DNA of 64,000 nt from positions 124,001 to 188,000 of the forward strand of contig CT868675.1 in assembly GCA_000165425.1 (NCBI GenBank), read 5' to 3'. Under the pieces are notes generated by a model. It saw nothing but the letters and a program-made list of their open reading frames with translations, made no database searches and was not told the DNA's origin. Shown here piece by piece: positions 26,004 to 39,372 of this stretch. The DNA comes from Paramecium tetraurelia. Lineage: Eukaryota. Both the position numbers and the translations under genes were made by a program. Positions within the stretch are counted from its first letter, which is position 1, and each line of letters opens with the position of its first letter.

Positions 26004-26931
26004 ATGAATTCGTCTTAAGTTTATCATATAATCAGCGACAAATTTCATTCCCTTTATATGTCGAACATTCACGCGGCTGATCAACTGAATCTGCTTCGAT
26101 CCAGGAATCTGAGGACTATTATTTGTGTAGACAAGAGTCCTTCCAAACATTATACTGATTTTGCACGATACTATGTAATTGAATGAGCTTAGTGTTTAGT
26201 AAGTCTTTTTGCAAGACAATAAATCCACATAGTAACTTTAAAATATTTGCGAATTAATCTAGAATGGATTGAAATTATCGTCGATTCTTGTAGTCTGCAA
26301 TAACGGGTTGTAAGGAGCACCCACCATAATAATTGCTTATCTCATTAGTCGAGGCTGGAATTACGAAAAAGCCTTTTATTATGTCAAAGAAAAACATAAT
26401 CTCATAAATCCAAGTCTGCAATCGAAAAAACAATTGATTGAGTTTTATGGTTCAGTCTCTAATTAGTAACCTAAGGAGGATGAATTTACTCGATTTACTT
26501 AGGTTCTAAAAGAGATGTGGGACAAGTAAGACTATTTTGAAAGTTCCCCTTGCTTCGATCCGCTTACTGACTCTTTTCAAGATGACGGCACCAAAACACC
26601 TGGTTTCATATCTCCCACTAACGTGCTTAAAATGCGCAACTCAATTAGGAAACCAGCATCTCGCAAAAGCAGTATGATCAGGAGCACTTCTCGTAATCAA
26701 AAGAGCGATACGAATGTATATCAAATTCTATGATAGATGAATTACTCATTTCATTTTGATGAAATTAAAGAATTAAATCAAGAATAAAAATAGGAAATGT
26801 TGTCTCCAACGTTTTTGCAAGTCCAAGAAATCTCCGAAGAGGAGGAAGAAGAATTAGTTAGATTAAGACATAGAAGACATCGAAGAAATATAACTAGAAA
26901 TAAAAGCGCTAATCAAAAAATATTTGATTGA
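26004..26931 (+). CDS. Dual-specificity phosphatase-like protein, probably inactive
   Basis: LYMSNIHAA, ILVVCNNGLQGAPTIIIAYLI (no P-loop Arg), AFYYVKEKHNLINPS; one intron; disordered tail. Confidence 0.75.
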
Positions 26932-27176
26932 TTTCAAAATATATTTAAAATAATTTCAAAGTACAACCCTTAATTATTTGTATATACTAAATTTAAATTA
27001 AATCTAACATTCAATCAGTTTTAAATAAATTTATCATATATATGTTCAATATTATACAATATGTGTAAAATATTATAAATTACTTATCTAGAATATCGAT
27101 GTTATTTCCATTGGGATATAATAAAATTTATAATTCATTTGATTTTAGATCAATAATTGTATTAAATATTATTAAT

Positions 27177-27455
27177 ATGGAGAAGTGGAGACAATCGATT
27201 TATTAACCACATAGTTTATTTTTAGAAAGGAAAAGAACAGCGCAATCCAGAAGACTTGATCCATTACTTGTTGCTCCGTTGACTAAATTTGATCACAAGG
27301 CCTTTGACTAACTTTTCAAGTCGTAAGCCAATCAACATCTGAGGATCAGAAACCTATCATTGCAATCTGAGAGAGTTCAAGAGACACCCAAACAATTGGG
27401 ATTGGAAAACATTGTTTACAAATTACAAAAAATTCGAAAACTCAAGAACATTTGA
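27177..27455 (+). CDS. Small hypothetical protein (92 aa)
   Basis: MEKWRQSIYQPH...KLKNI-TGA; GC-richer than its flanks. Confidence 0.5.
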
Positions 27456-27644
27456 TTTTAAATACAATAACTATCTTTTACTACTTTATTTAAGTAACTA
27501 AATCATCCTTATTAAATGTTGACACTTTTTCCTTAAGAGTGTGAGTATGTTAGTAATGGGTATATTTCGAGAAAAAAAATTAGAATATAAAAAAGAATCA
27601 AAATAAAATATAATAATTAATAAGATTATTATTTATTTTAATAA

Positions 27645-28454
27645 ATGAAGGTTGAACTTAGACCAAGCAAACAAGGAGGCTTATACAGTCTGAATCTTGG
27701 GTAGAACAATGGTCCATATCTGCCAAAGGACATCATGCTCACCAATTAAAAATCTCTAAAGGTTAGATCATGTAACAGCTTAGCTCCTCCAAGGAGATGA
27801 AGTCAGCAAATCAGTATCTCAAGTGCTCACAAGAGCTGGAATGGGGTAACTTTATGAGCCTCCAGATATCTATGATGAGAAATCGAAATAATTTGTTAAT
27901 TTGGATGAAAAGTACAAAACCAGAATGAGTGCAAGTGACAATGTGGCTGCTATGAGTACATTATACACAACATCAATCAAACAATTGCAAGACTCTTTGT
28001 AGGAATACAAAGAGCTAATTAAAAAAACTGAGGTAATTAAATGTTGGAAATGATAGGAAGAACTCAAAAACATGAATGAAAAAATTAATAATGACAATAT
28101 TACTAATATACGGGAATTATAACCTATGCTTAAGAGTTTTCATAGCAAATTAAAGGAGAGACTTCACGATGAGAAGAATGAGAATTATAAATTGATGAGA
28201 GAAATTGAAGGATTGAATAGAGATAAATTATAAATTCAGTAGATATTATACCTAACTATTAATTTAGATAATCCATTCTATTTTCACATAAAAGAATCAT
28301 GGAATTAGAAAAATTGGTTGGCATTCAGCATAAAACGGATTCCCTATTTGCTTAAAAGATTTAGGAAGAAGATGCAAACGAAAACGAAAACGAAGACGAA
28401 CTAGACAACTCTCAAAAGGATCAAGACTCTCAAATGTCTGAGTCATATGACTGA
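27645..28454 (+). CDS. Coiled-coil hypothetical protein with acidic tail
   Basis: MKVELRPSKQGGLYSL...; three short introns restore the frame; ends SESYD-TGA. Confidence 0.7.
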
Positions 28455-28506
28455 ATTCGTTTTTTGTTTGTTGTTTTTTGAAATTGTGGAAACGTATGAA
28501 AGACAA

Positions 28507-29231
28507 TCACTCTTATTGAAATAAGGATAAGTATTTCTTTAGTATTAATTGTTTTGTTTAGTGCAAATGATTCTCGATGTTGGGTATCAGTATCTTTAGT
28601 TCTCTGATCTTCACATCTGCCTCTATGCTCTGATCTCTATTAATTATTACAATTTCCACTTACTCTATTAACTCTTGTATCCTAATTATGGTATTTTCAA
28701 TCTCTCCGTTCTCAGACTCCTCATTTAAAACTTTAAGCTTTTTTCTAAACTGCCTTCTAATCGAACTTACAGAGCTCCCAGGAATCTACTGAACTACATC
28801 TTTCAAATTGGAACCTCTCCTCATATTCTCCATTATAAGATGATTCTATTAAATTGTAAGTCTCTTTTTTCCTATTAAAATCACAAAAGACACTAACCTT
28901 TCCTCTTACTAGATGTTGTTTTAGACTTCCTAGACTCTCCTCGACCCTCCCTCTCAGACATTGATGAGGAACTGTCTTCATCCTTCGACTTTTTCTTTTC
29001 CTCCACCTATTATTCGACACCCTCTATCGATTCGTCAACCGATTAGATTTTCTCTTATCCACCAAATAAGTATTCCTCACACTTCTATGCTGAAACTTCC
29101 AAAATGGATGGTTAAGGTGGGTTTTATAAGCTGCAGACTGTAGATTCCTCCTCCTTCTTAGGAGTTTTTAGTTAATTTTCCCAAAATTTACAGGCAGACA
29201 TTGTGAGATAGTTGAAGTCCCTGAGGCTCAT
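28507..29231 (-). CDS. Protein with a degenerate Myb/SANT-like repeat
   Basis: MSLRDFNYLTMS...; one intron; RLTIQQNHLIMENMRRGSNLKDVVQQIPGSSVSSIRRQFRKKL resembles a Myb helix-turn-helix lacking its Trp residues. Confidence 0.55.
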
Positions 29232-29703
29232 TAATTTCTATTTATAAAAGAGAAAATAATATAATAATCAATCTTTACGCTTATTAAAGTGCGAAGAATC
29301 TTCATTAATATTTAAGAAAAATAATTTGTGCTTTAACTTTTAGAATAACTATAGAATTATCTAAAATTTAGTTGTCAACCCTTGTAATTAATATCATCTT
29401 CTATTTTGTTATTATTCGGAGGAAATATCTAATTATCAAGATTTAGAACATGAACTATACAATCTAGAAAATATAGAATTATAATTGAGATTCAAAATGA
29501 CATTCTGTCTGCCTAAGAATTTGTCTCTTTACTCTTCCTCTTGCTCTCAATCACTCGCATATTTTATTGAGTAATTTGATCTCCCATTCTATTTTAGTTG
29601 ATTTATTCAAAATAGAATAATTCATAATAAAAAGAACAAAATTTTATTAAAAATATATTTAATATGAACTATTTTTTAGATATCTATCATCTATAAATCA
29701 TTA

Positions 29704-32700
29704 TCAAACTTCCTCAACTACTTCTTATATTGTAGACAATTAATCCTTTTTAGCTTTAGGTTGTAAGTTTTAATTTTATTATTTTGACTATACTTTTATA
29801 CCAGCTTTTAGATTTCTCCACTTCTCAACAATCAGTTACCTATTCAACTCCATCATTTTTTCTTCAATCTATCTCTCTTCATCATTTTATTCCCATCCTT
29901 TAAGGTCCATTTCCAACTATTTCACCTTTTTATGAATATCATTTCCCTACATCAATAGTTTCATCTATTCTCCCAAATCATTCAAAAAAGAATTTATTAA
30001 ATGTACATCAAGTGAATTAACAAAGTTTTACCTTGCCTTTAATAATTGTCTAAATATATACATTTATATATTACCTCTATAATACTACACTTTATTGCAA
30101 ATTATCATTAAAATTTGAATTATTGTATTTCATATATCTATTTAAGTCTTTTAAGGTTTAACATAGGATTAAACCACTCGATCTTTTATCTCCAATCCTA
30201 AAGTATTATAAACTTCTCTTGAATAATAAGTTTCTCTTTATTAATTCACTCAGATATGTTTTATGATCCTTTCTAAATCCTTTCCACTTTGTAATCAAAT
30301 CTCTTATACTAATTACTTTTTTATCTGTGTCGCTTTAATAATTATTCCAAACCTATATGCATTTATCATAACATTCATCCAACTATTACTCTGATTTTAT
30401 ATTCACAACATTTACTTCAACAATATCCTCATCTAATTAATTTGTTAATGTGCTCATTATGTGTTTTTTGTGTTAAATTTCCTGTTTATTCTTTGAAGTT
30501 TCTTTAACTAAAAGATCTTATAACCTTTACAAGGTTTTTAATTACTTATTTTCTTTAATGAATTCAATAATTGACTTAATAGTCTTAATTTACTAAATAT
30601 TTAAAAGATTTATCGCAAAAACCATTAAAAATTATAATATTTAATCCTAGTAGTACTTTGAACAACAGGACTAGTAAAATTCAAATATAAGTTATAGATA
30701 CTCTTCTATTAGTTCTTAATTTTTTAGTTAAAATACTCCAATCTCTAATTTACAATTTTATTCTTCAACATTCTAAATATTATTTAAATATTCTTTGTAG
30801 GCTTTAATTATTGTTAACTTCTCTTAACTATTAGACAACAATGATATGAGAATATTTAAACCAATTCTAATCAAATGACTTAATTATTCATCCAAATAAA
30901 ATCTGTCGAGTACATATTAACTATAATCTAAAAAACAACCTATGGCATCCTCAATAATACCAAAATTTTAGCATTCAAGAAATTCAATGTATTTAAGATA
31001 TGCTTCATTTCCTTTTTTCTACTTTTGAAGGATTAATACAGCAAAAGATAATTAATCAGTCAAATTTAATAGATTAATTGCCCTAATCATTGCTGAATGA
31101 TAATTATCTTTCGAATTTTTATTCTGGATTATCAAATTCAAAGATATCTCACGAATCATTTATTTAATATAATTAGGAGTGTTCGTAATTCTTAAATTAT
31201 TTTTCAATATTATTCTTTGTATGAGTTATAATATTTAAGATGGTTCAGAATCAATTATTGAATACTCCTAAGACTCAGTCTGTTTTGAGTAATAAATTGA
31301 AAGAGGATGCAACTTTTTTTATTCTTCTTTTCTCTAATTCTATGGAGTTTTACTTTAAAACCTTTTATTAGATTGCTCAAGCATTAAAAATACTAATAAC
31401 TCTGCTAATGTATCTTCCCAATCTTCTTAAGAGCTAACAGAAAATGAATCATCATCATTAACTTGATAATACTCCATAGATTTTTTAGATTTATTATTCA
31501 AAATCAACTAAATCTTCAAGGAAAACGTATTTTTAATTAATTCTATAGCTTGCTCAAATGGTATTGAAATATACTCATATCCAATATCGACGAATATCAA
31601 GGAACTATTTTATTTCTGACTTTCTTCCTTATTATTATAATCTTTGACCACTTGTTTTATTATTTTAGATGAAATATGTATCAATAAAGAATGAGAGTAG
31701 TGACTCATAATTTCTCCTTGAGGAATGGAGAAGCCATAACAAAATAATAAAGCTTCTTTGATGTTCTCTTAATTTTCAAATGAAATCAATGAATTATGAA
31801 AATATTCAACTATCTCAAACAATCCGATAAATATTTCATCTGAGCAATCGACTCTCAATTTAAGTATATCAAAACTCAATATAACAGCTTCTATTTATTT
31901 AAGTTATTAATTAAAACTCAAACCCTTTTTGTAGATATTAGCATTAACGATTAATTAATTAAGATCCACTTCTTCCAATACTTATTTTTTGTTCGTATAA
32001 TAATTCTTTGTAAGTTAAAATACATTATCAAGTTCTTTTGCAAAATCTGATGCTCTATCCTACTATCCTTGAATCAACCTAATCTATTAATAATATTAGA
32101 TTTTTTTGAGTTTGAACTGGTCTTCTTCTGATAATTCTGTTTTTCTATGCAATTAAATTTTATTGAAAATTTCAATTCCATCCGAGAAGTTGTTAAAAGA
32201 CATACATAAATCTATTGAATGTTTAAAGTTCAATTAGTACACGAATGTCTTCCAAAAACCTAATCCAATTAATTGTTAATAGCAACTCAATCCTAGACTA
32301 TTGTTTAGAGATAACTCTTCTTCATTTTTGAATGTTAGAAATATTGGATTAATTGTTTCCAGTATATTATTTATTGCAATTTAAGATATGGCTGATTGTT
32401 CAAGCAAGTTCCTTCTCTAGGATCCCATTGTAATCATTTGAATGAGAACTAAAGCTTTAGTCTTAGGCAAAGTAGAATAGCTGGACACTAGCGAAACTAG
32501 ATACCTTCCTAGATATGAAGCCAACTTAAAGTGATTGCATAGATAGATACACAATTTGTAACTCTTGAAATCCTCCAAAAGATCCAAAATCATATAAATT
32601 GAATCGATATCTATGTTATCCAAATCATAAACAAAATTAATTATGTGATCAAACTCCTTATCATCATCTTTTCTATTTGACAATTATACAGATTGATATT

Positions 32701-35700
32701 TTTGTGAAACCAAGTGATTCTTAAATTCATTAGAAAACAATTGGAATTTCTGAATTAATTCTTATAAAATCTTATTGGAAATGGAAGGATTGTTTTTAGA
32801 TGTCAATAGTGAAACTTATGCTGGTTGATTCAGGAGTACAATGTTGGAAAATTCTGATTGATGACTGATCTTGGATGACATGGATTTAATTAAAGATTTT
32901 TAATCTAGTTTCAACCATTCATCTTCAGGATCAAAAATAGATAAATGATCCATATTTTATTAACTCTCATTCTCTATTTAAAATGATTAAGATTATTCAT
33001 TATCTTCAAAATTTAATATCTCTTGGCTGGATTCAACCTTACTTTAATTAATAATTTGTCTAGGTCCGACTTAAGAATCCTATTAATTTTCAGATTCATC
33101 AAGTATTGAATTTTGAATAACAAAGCTTTCTGATTAATTCAACACAGATTTGTCTTCTTAATTAATTTCTTAGAACTCTTAAGTGCAATCAATTTATTCT
33201 GCTCCCTGAATTTAGATTTCCTATGCTAAATTTTATAGGTAATTAGGAAAGAATGAATTTAAAAATGCTTATCTTTCTGAATTGCTGAATTCATTTTTGT
33301 ATTTATTTAACATCATAATAACTTTGTCCCATTCCTTTGATAAACAGTAACAATCAATAGATCTTCTCAAATCTCCTAAGATCTCAAAGGCTTAAGCTGC
33401 TTTTTCATAATTTTTAGCAAAGAATGCTGATTCAGCCATCTCGTTTATCTATCCTAATTGTTCATATAATTCTTATGCTTTTTAAAATTCCTTTGCAGTG
33501 AAATAACATTATGCAGCCCTTGGTAATAAACCAATTTCTTCGAATATCTTTGCAGCTTATAGAAATTGTTAATGATTATTAGCGATATGAGCATTATTAA
33601 CAACAAGATAATAAGCTATAGATTTCTATTCTAATTGTTTTTCTTGAGCAAATTTAAAGCATTTTGCTGCTTAATCATAATTGTTCATTCTGAACATCTT
33701 AAAGCCCTATTGTTTCCAATTCTCCTTGTTATTGTTTTACAATTATAATTAAAACTTAATATCTTTTTGTTAACCTTGTGAATCAACCACTTTAACAGCA
33801 TTTAGCTTTGTCCATATATTCTGAATAATTCTTCGTTTTTCTAATGATTAATCAAATATAATTAATCTCTATTTAGGTCTTGTGATTGCTACATAGAGTT
33901 ATTTCAATTCTTGACATAGATCTATAGATATTTATTGATATTCTTTCATATTTTTATGTTTCAATTACCAAACTTCTACTAATTCATTATTGTTCTTCTA
34001 TTCACTGGAGGCTATTATTTCTGTCTAATGATCTAATAATTATTGTTATTAATACTTGTAATAAACTTTTCATAATCAGCCTTCTTTAGATATTCTGCCT
34101 AGGGTTCTAAATCATTTAATGATTCCCAATCCTTGATAGATGCAGTTGAGTCATGGAAAAAGTTGAACAAAATCACATCATCGAATTCTAAACCTTTTGC
34201 TTCGTAGATGGTTAAACATAGTATATTTTACAATTCAATTGGTAATTTAGTCTTTGATTCTTGATCTTTGACAATAATGACTTAATTGCAACCAAATTCT
34301 ACAATGAGTTGGTCATTTGAAAAGAAATCACAAAGATTACTCAATAAATGATTCACATCATCACTTTTGATTATGATTGGTTTTGGACCATTCAAATTTG
34401 AGGTTTCCTTTTTTAATTTATCAATTTTATAAGGAAACAATATTTCAATCATTCTTATTACAGAGTTAGCCAATTACAAAATGTTGTTATGTGATCTAAA
34501 GTTTACACTCAAATCAAATATTTTAAGATTTCTATGTACTTTTTTCTTGCTATTTCTATAAGACAATAAACAATTTTAAACCTCAAAGAATTTATAACCA
34601 ATCCCTTTAGCTATGTTTTAAGCATTGTCACCACAACAAAATAAACCAAGTTCTGTTAACTGATCTAATAAAATCAAGACAGCCCTTGGAACATCCTACA
34701 ATTCATCTAGTAATAAGTAATGAACATTTTCAATAACATCATCGCCAAAAGCCAACTCTTAATTAATATGATTTACTAAATCTAATAAGTCATAGTATCC
34801 CAATTAATATTTTAGTTGTTCATATATTTGAAAGGCCTCATAAACAAAGCTACATTCCTCTTCTGATTGACCTTACATATAATAATAATTGTCATAATTC
34901 ATATATCTATCAGGATATTCATGAGATGTTTCATGACCTTTGATTTTTGTGCAAATCTCTGACCAAACATAGATTGGATCAAAACATTTGGACACAGAAC
35001 GTTCTAATTTTATTGTTGCTAGTATCTTAGGCCAGAATATCCTCACAAATACATCTTAGGTTACTTCATGCATTTTTGTTTAAATGTAATCTGAATTATC
35101 AATTTCATCCATTAATTTCTAATTAATCTATTCTAGTTTCTTTTCTATCACTTCATTATTATTTTGAGATAATTTCATTTATCCAAATTATTCATTATGC
35201 CATTAGGATGATTTATCCTATTTATGACCAAAAATAGCAAAAAATGAATTTATAAGTGAGGTATCAACCAGAAATAGAAACTTTCTCAAAGTTACAAATA
35301 TTGGAAATTGATTCACATCAGAAAACTTCAAAAATTTTCCCATCTCTTTTTCATATTCATCAATGTCTTAATCATCGACTTCCACTTCTTCATTTAATTA
35401 TTGACATTCCTACTACTCTTAATCATTCTTTATTGCATCTATAATTTAAAAAGTGCTCTAATCTAACCCCTCTTGATCATTCTACTCTTGAGTGTTTGCC
35501 TAATTGCTCTATTGCCTCATTTTTTTGTTATTAATGACATCTTAGATATTCTATACTAGTTTATCATATAATCTCTTAACTTAACAAGCTAACAAGGGAC
35601 TGGCTGTAACAAAGATTGTCTTTAATTAACAATCCTTTTGTTATTAGTTAAGTTATATAGCTGTAGTTTAATTACCAATCTAATCTAATTTACTTCTGAT

Positions 35701-36833
35701 TTTAAATAGTATATCTGTTGTGAAGAGTCGCAATAAGGCACAAGTGGTTTTTCCAGTACCACTTCTACCAATTACTAATCCATCTCCGTTATAGGATATA
35801 ATTTCTTATTACTCATTGGTAAGGTTAACTTTGTAATTTGGAATATTTTAGATTATTTTAAATAATTAGAATGCAGATGGTTATTGACTATATTTTTGGA
35901 TCAAAAAATGATTACTTGAAAATTGATTGATCCTAGCCATTTTGTTATTTAAAATAATTTAAGTTGAAACTGGAATCCATCTTTTCAATTGTTCATTGTA
36001 CACATAATCCTGAGAATCTAAGAAAATAGACTCAAATTTCCTTGGCAGCAATAAATCCTTCCAAGATTTAGGTTTCTCTCCAATCTTTGTTGCATGAGAG
36101 AGTTTTTCATCTTTTATTTATTCTTTTACCAATTTCATGTTGGCAAAAAAATTAGGAGAAGTCTACTAATTTCTAAAATACTTGTCTATTTCATAATAAC
36201 CTATTGAATTCTTTTAATTTTCAGGACCTAATCCCACTAGAATTATCAAATGTCGAAATTCAAAGTGTGTGAGCTTTCCTTCACCATTTAAAATTGGAAA
36301 TAATTTAGGAATTACTTAGATTACTAATTTTAAAAAGCCTTGAAAATTGAATCCTACTACATAATCATATTCGAAAGGAAATTTGACATTGCCTCCCTCA
36401 TAAGGAAGGACTCTGAGAACTGATTCTGAGGAATAGTTCAACTTTCCTTCCAGGATTAGATTTAACATTATGAAAATGTTGATTATGTCTGAATCGGAGA
36501 CATTATACAAACTATTTATAAAGGACTCTGCATTAATAAAAATTTTATACTTGCAACGTCGAATGTCCAAATTTACTTTGGAAATAAATACTTTATGTTG
36601 AATTCCTTAAAATAGTCAACCATTTCATAAAAGAATGGACTAATATCACCTTTTAGTTATCTCTCGTTAAACTCCAACAAATATTGAAAGTATCGTATTA
36701 AAAATTATTTACGTGATAATCTAATTTGATAAAATTATTCGATGTCTGAGAGAATAATATTCAGCTTGTCTTGGTATAGTTTTTGTTTTCTCTTCATATA
36801 ATCTTTTTCTGATTTGTAGACATTCTTATTCAT
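29704..36833 (-). CDS. TRANK1/LBA1-like superfamily-1 (UvrD-type) helicase with TPR repeats, over 2000 aa
   Basis: VIGRSGTGKTTC, LLLDELQD, CGDNAQNI, VNFRSH, EFGCNQVIIVKD, TIYEAKGLEFDDVILFNFF, ELKQLYVAITRPK, then WKQQG...AAKCF TPR repeats. Confidence 0.9.
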
Positions 36834-37041
36834 CTTAATTTAATTTTAATATAAAGATAAGCACTAAGCGGAATGAATTAATCAATATAAAAATGACATA
36901 TAGAAAAAGATTCTATCATAATTAGCTTTTTTATTTTCTTTTCATTTTTCCACATTTAATTAACATTTAAATGTATTATCTAAATTCTTTTCTAAAAAAT
37001 TTGTTTAATTATTTAACTTGAATTTATTCTAAATTTAAAGT

Positions 37042-37323
37042 ATGTCAGAGCCTTCAATCCAATAATTTGGAAAACTTAACATAGTTATTTAATAATAGTT
37101 AAAACCTGTCTACGTTTCAAAGGAAGAGCGGAAAAAAAGCAGCTATTAACAATAGCATTAACGAAAAAAGAGTTTTAATGAAGTAAAAAAAGTTGAAATT
37201 CCTGTGTTTATGGGTATAAATCAATAATCACATTGGATGGATCTTTGGGATCAATTTAAAAAAGAAACCTCCATCGATGAATAAAACTCGATATTAGAGA
37301 GAATATTGAAATTAAAAACTTGA
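37042..37323 (+). CDS. Small hypothetical protein (93 aa)
   Basis: MSEPSIQQFGKLNIVI...WMDLWDQFKKE...LKT-TGA. Confidence 0.55.
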
Positions 37324-37811
37324 ATTTTATAGTATAAAAGTGTTAATAATTTTGTTTCATAAATACAAATCCTCTATTAGGTTTAAATATCATAATATCA
37401 ATTTATGCATCCAAAATATTATATATGATTCACTCATAGTCTTAGTTGAAAATAAAACCAATTAATTTTATTTAAATTAATTTTAGTATAAATCTTAAAT
37501 ACTTTAAATCTAATAAACTAAAGAGTTTCATTATAACAAAATATTTGTAAAATTTCATTGTTATTTATATACTTTAAAGTATTATTATTGAATAATTATC
37601 ATGCTAGAATCTTTGGAGTTAATGAGTGAATTAAAAATTTAATTGCTTAGATCACTAAAAATTGAATCAAATAGATAGAGCCTAAAAATAAAAGACATCA
37701 AGAATAACGAAATTAAATAAAAGAAGATCTAAGTCAATAAATGAAATTTAAGAGAATTATATTTCGATCAAATAACAAAAATTGAAATAATAATTAAAAA
37801 CCAAAATTTTA

Positions 37812-39344
37812 ATGAAAATACCATTAAATCTCACGAAATCAGAAAAAAATAAAAAAACACTATTAATATCCTAACCAATTATCTTTCAATCAAAAGCTTC
37901 AATTAAAAACGATCTAATGGCTGATTACCTTCCTAATTCAACAAAGACAAGCACTTTTAGATCAAATGAAACTGGCAATTTTTATAATACTCAATATGGA
38001 TTAGGAGATTAGACTAAACAATTTATGCAAAATCAAGAGCAAATCTAGTCACAGAGTAATTTTAAAAGAGTGCTGAAATAAGGGGCTGATACGTTTGTCT
38101 TAAAGTAGTCAACACAGAATATTTTTGAGGGTATAGTAATAAGTGAATTGTAGAGGCAAATAATGAAGAGCGAAAAAAGTATATAGATTATACAGGAGGT
38201 CCTAAGTATGATAGTGATAAGTAGGATAAGGTGATCAAATATTCAGTCGTTGGATATTAATAGTTTCTAAAAATTCATTCAGAGAAGCAGAGACAATATC
38301 AGCGACTAAGGAAACTGTAATAGAATCCCTAGACAACAGATGATTCAATGTTTGATGATTAACCTCCAACGAGATCCAATTAATAGGCCTAATCGATAAT
38401 AATAGATAAACAATAGGGTAGGAAAACACCAAAGAGGAGTAAAGCTGAATAACGTTATTTAAGTAAAAGAGATTTGAATGAGAAAGTGAGAGAAGCTGAA
38501 AAGCACATTTAATAGGCATAAATAGAATAAGAGAAGGCTGAAGAGAAGCTTCCATTTCATTTAAGAAATGCTATTTCAAGAGAAGAAAGAGCAATGAAAA
38601 AGTTTGAGAGCGTAAAGGCTCATTGGGAAAATGTTAATATCCAAGTGGCTTCTAATTGTTAGAGAGAGCCAGAATAAACAATAATGAGTAGAGCTGATTA
38701 ATACAGAGAAAGAAACCAAAAGATTTAGGCAATCGAGCTTAGCAAGGGAGAGGATGAAAAGAACAGTAGTAGATATTGGTATCTAAAATTAAGATGGTAT
38801 GATCACAAAGATAATAGACCCTAATTTTCTTTACTCACTTAATCAATGAATACTAAATCTTGTCAGAAGTTTGAAAATAGGTTAGTTAATCGCTTTTTAT
38901 CAGATTTTGATGCTGAAAGACTTGCCTAGTAATAACAGTTTGTTCTTTCTGATATTTAGGCTAACTTCAATACAAAACTGATTGATAATCCATTCAAATA
39001 GGTTGAAACTGTGATATCAGATAACAGTAAATTATATTGTACATATTCTAGAAATTAATGAGATAGATACTGCTTAGTCTCAAAAAACAAGGTTGTATAC
39101 TAACAAACTGGTTACTCTATATGATCAGAAATTGTAGGATTAGCCAAAGAAAAAGTTTGTTGATTGCAAGAATTTTCTTTTCGTAGCAGGGGAAAGTTAA
39201 AAGGAGAGAGAATAGAGAATGTTAATGAGGGAAACAGGAAAACAATATAAGATGGCTGAAATTCCAAATGAAGAACCAGAAATCATAATCAACACTTGGA
39301 ATAAAAAGAATTTGGCAAAATCTGGAGAATTTATGTTATTTTGA
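37812..39344 (+). CDS. Hypothetical coiled-coil protein, possibly MYCBPAP-like
   Basis: GGPKYDSDKQDKVIKYSVVG and REERAMKKFESVKAHWE...TIMSRADQYRERNQ...WYLKLR recall the MYCBP-associated protein N-terminal region. Start codon uncertain. Confidence 0.55.
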
Positions 39345-39372
39345 TTTTATTAATTTTTTAACGAATTTAGAC

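Noticed and set aside
29240..29700. Coding-looking patches between the Myb-like and helicase genes
   Set aside because: Only short or ATG-less frames on either strand. Possibly a decayed gene, but unsupported.
37601..37744. Short ORF MLESLELMSELK... upstream of the gene starting at 37812
   Set aside because: It ends at TGA after about 47 codons, and no convincing intron joins it to the downstream gene.
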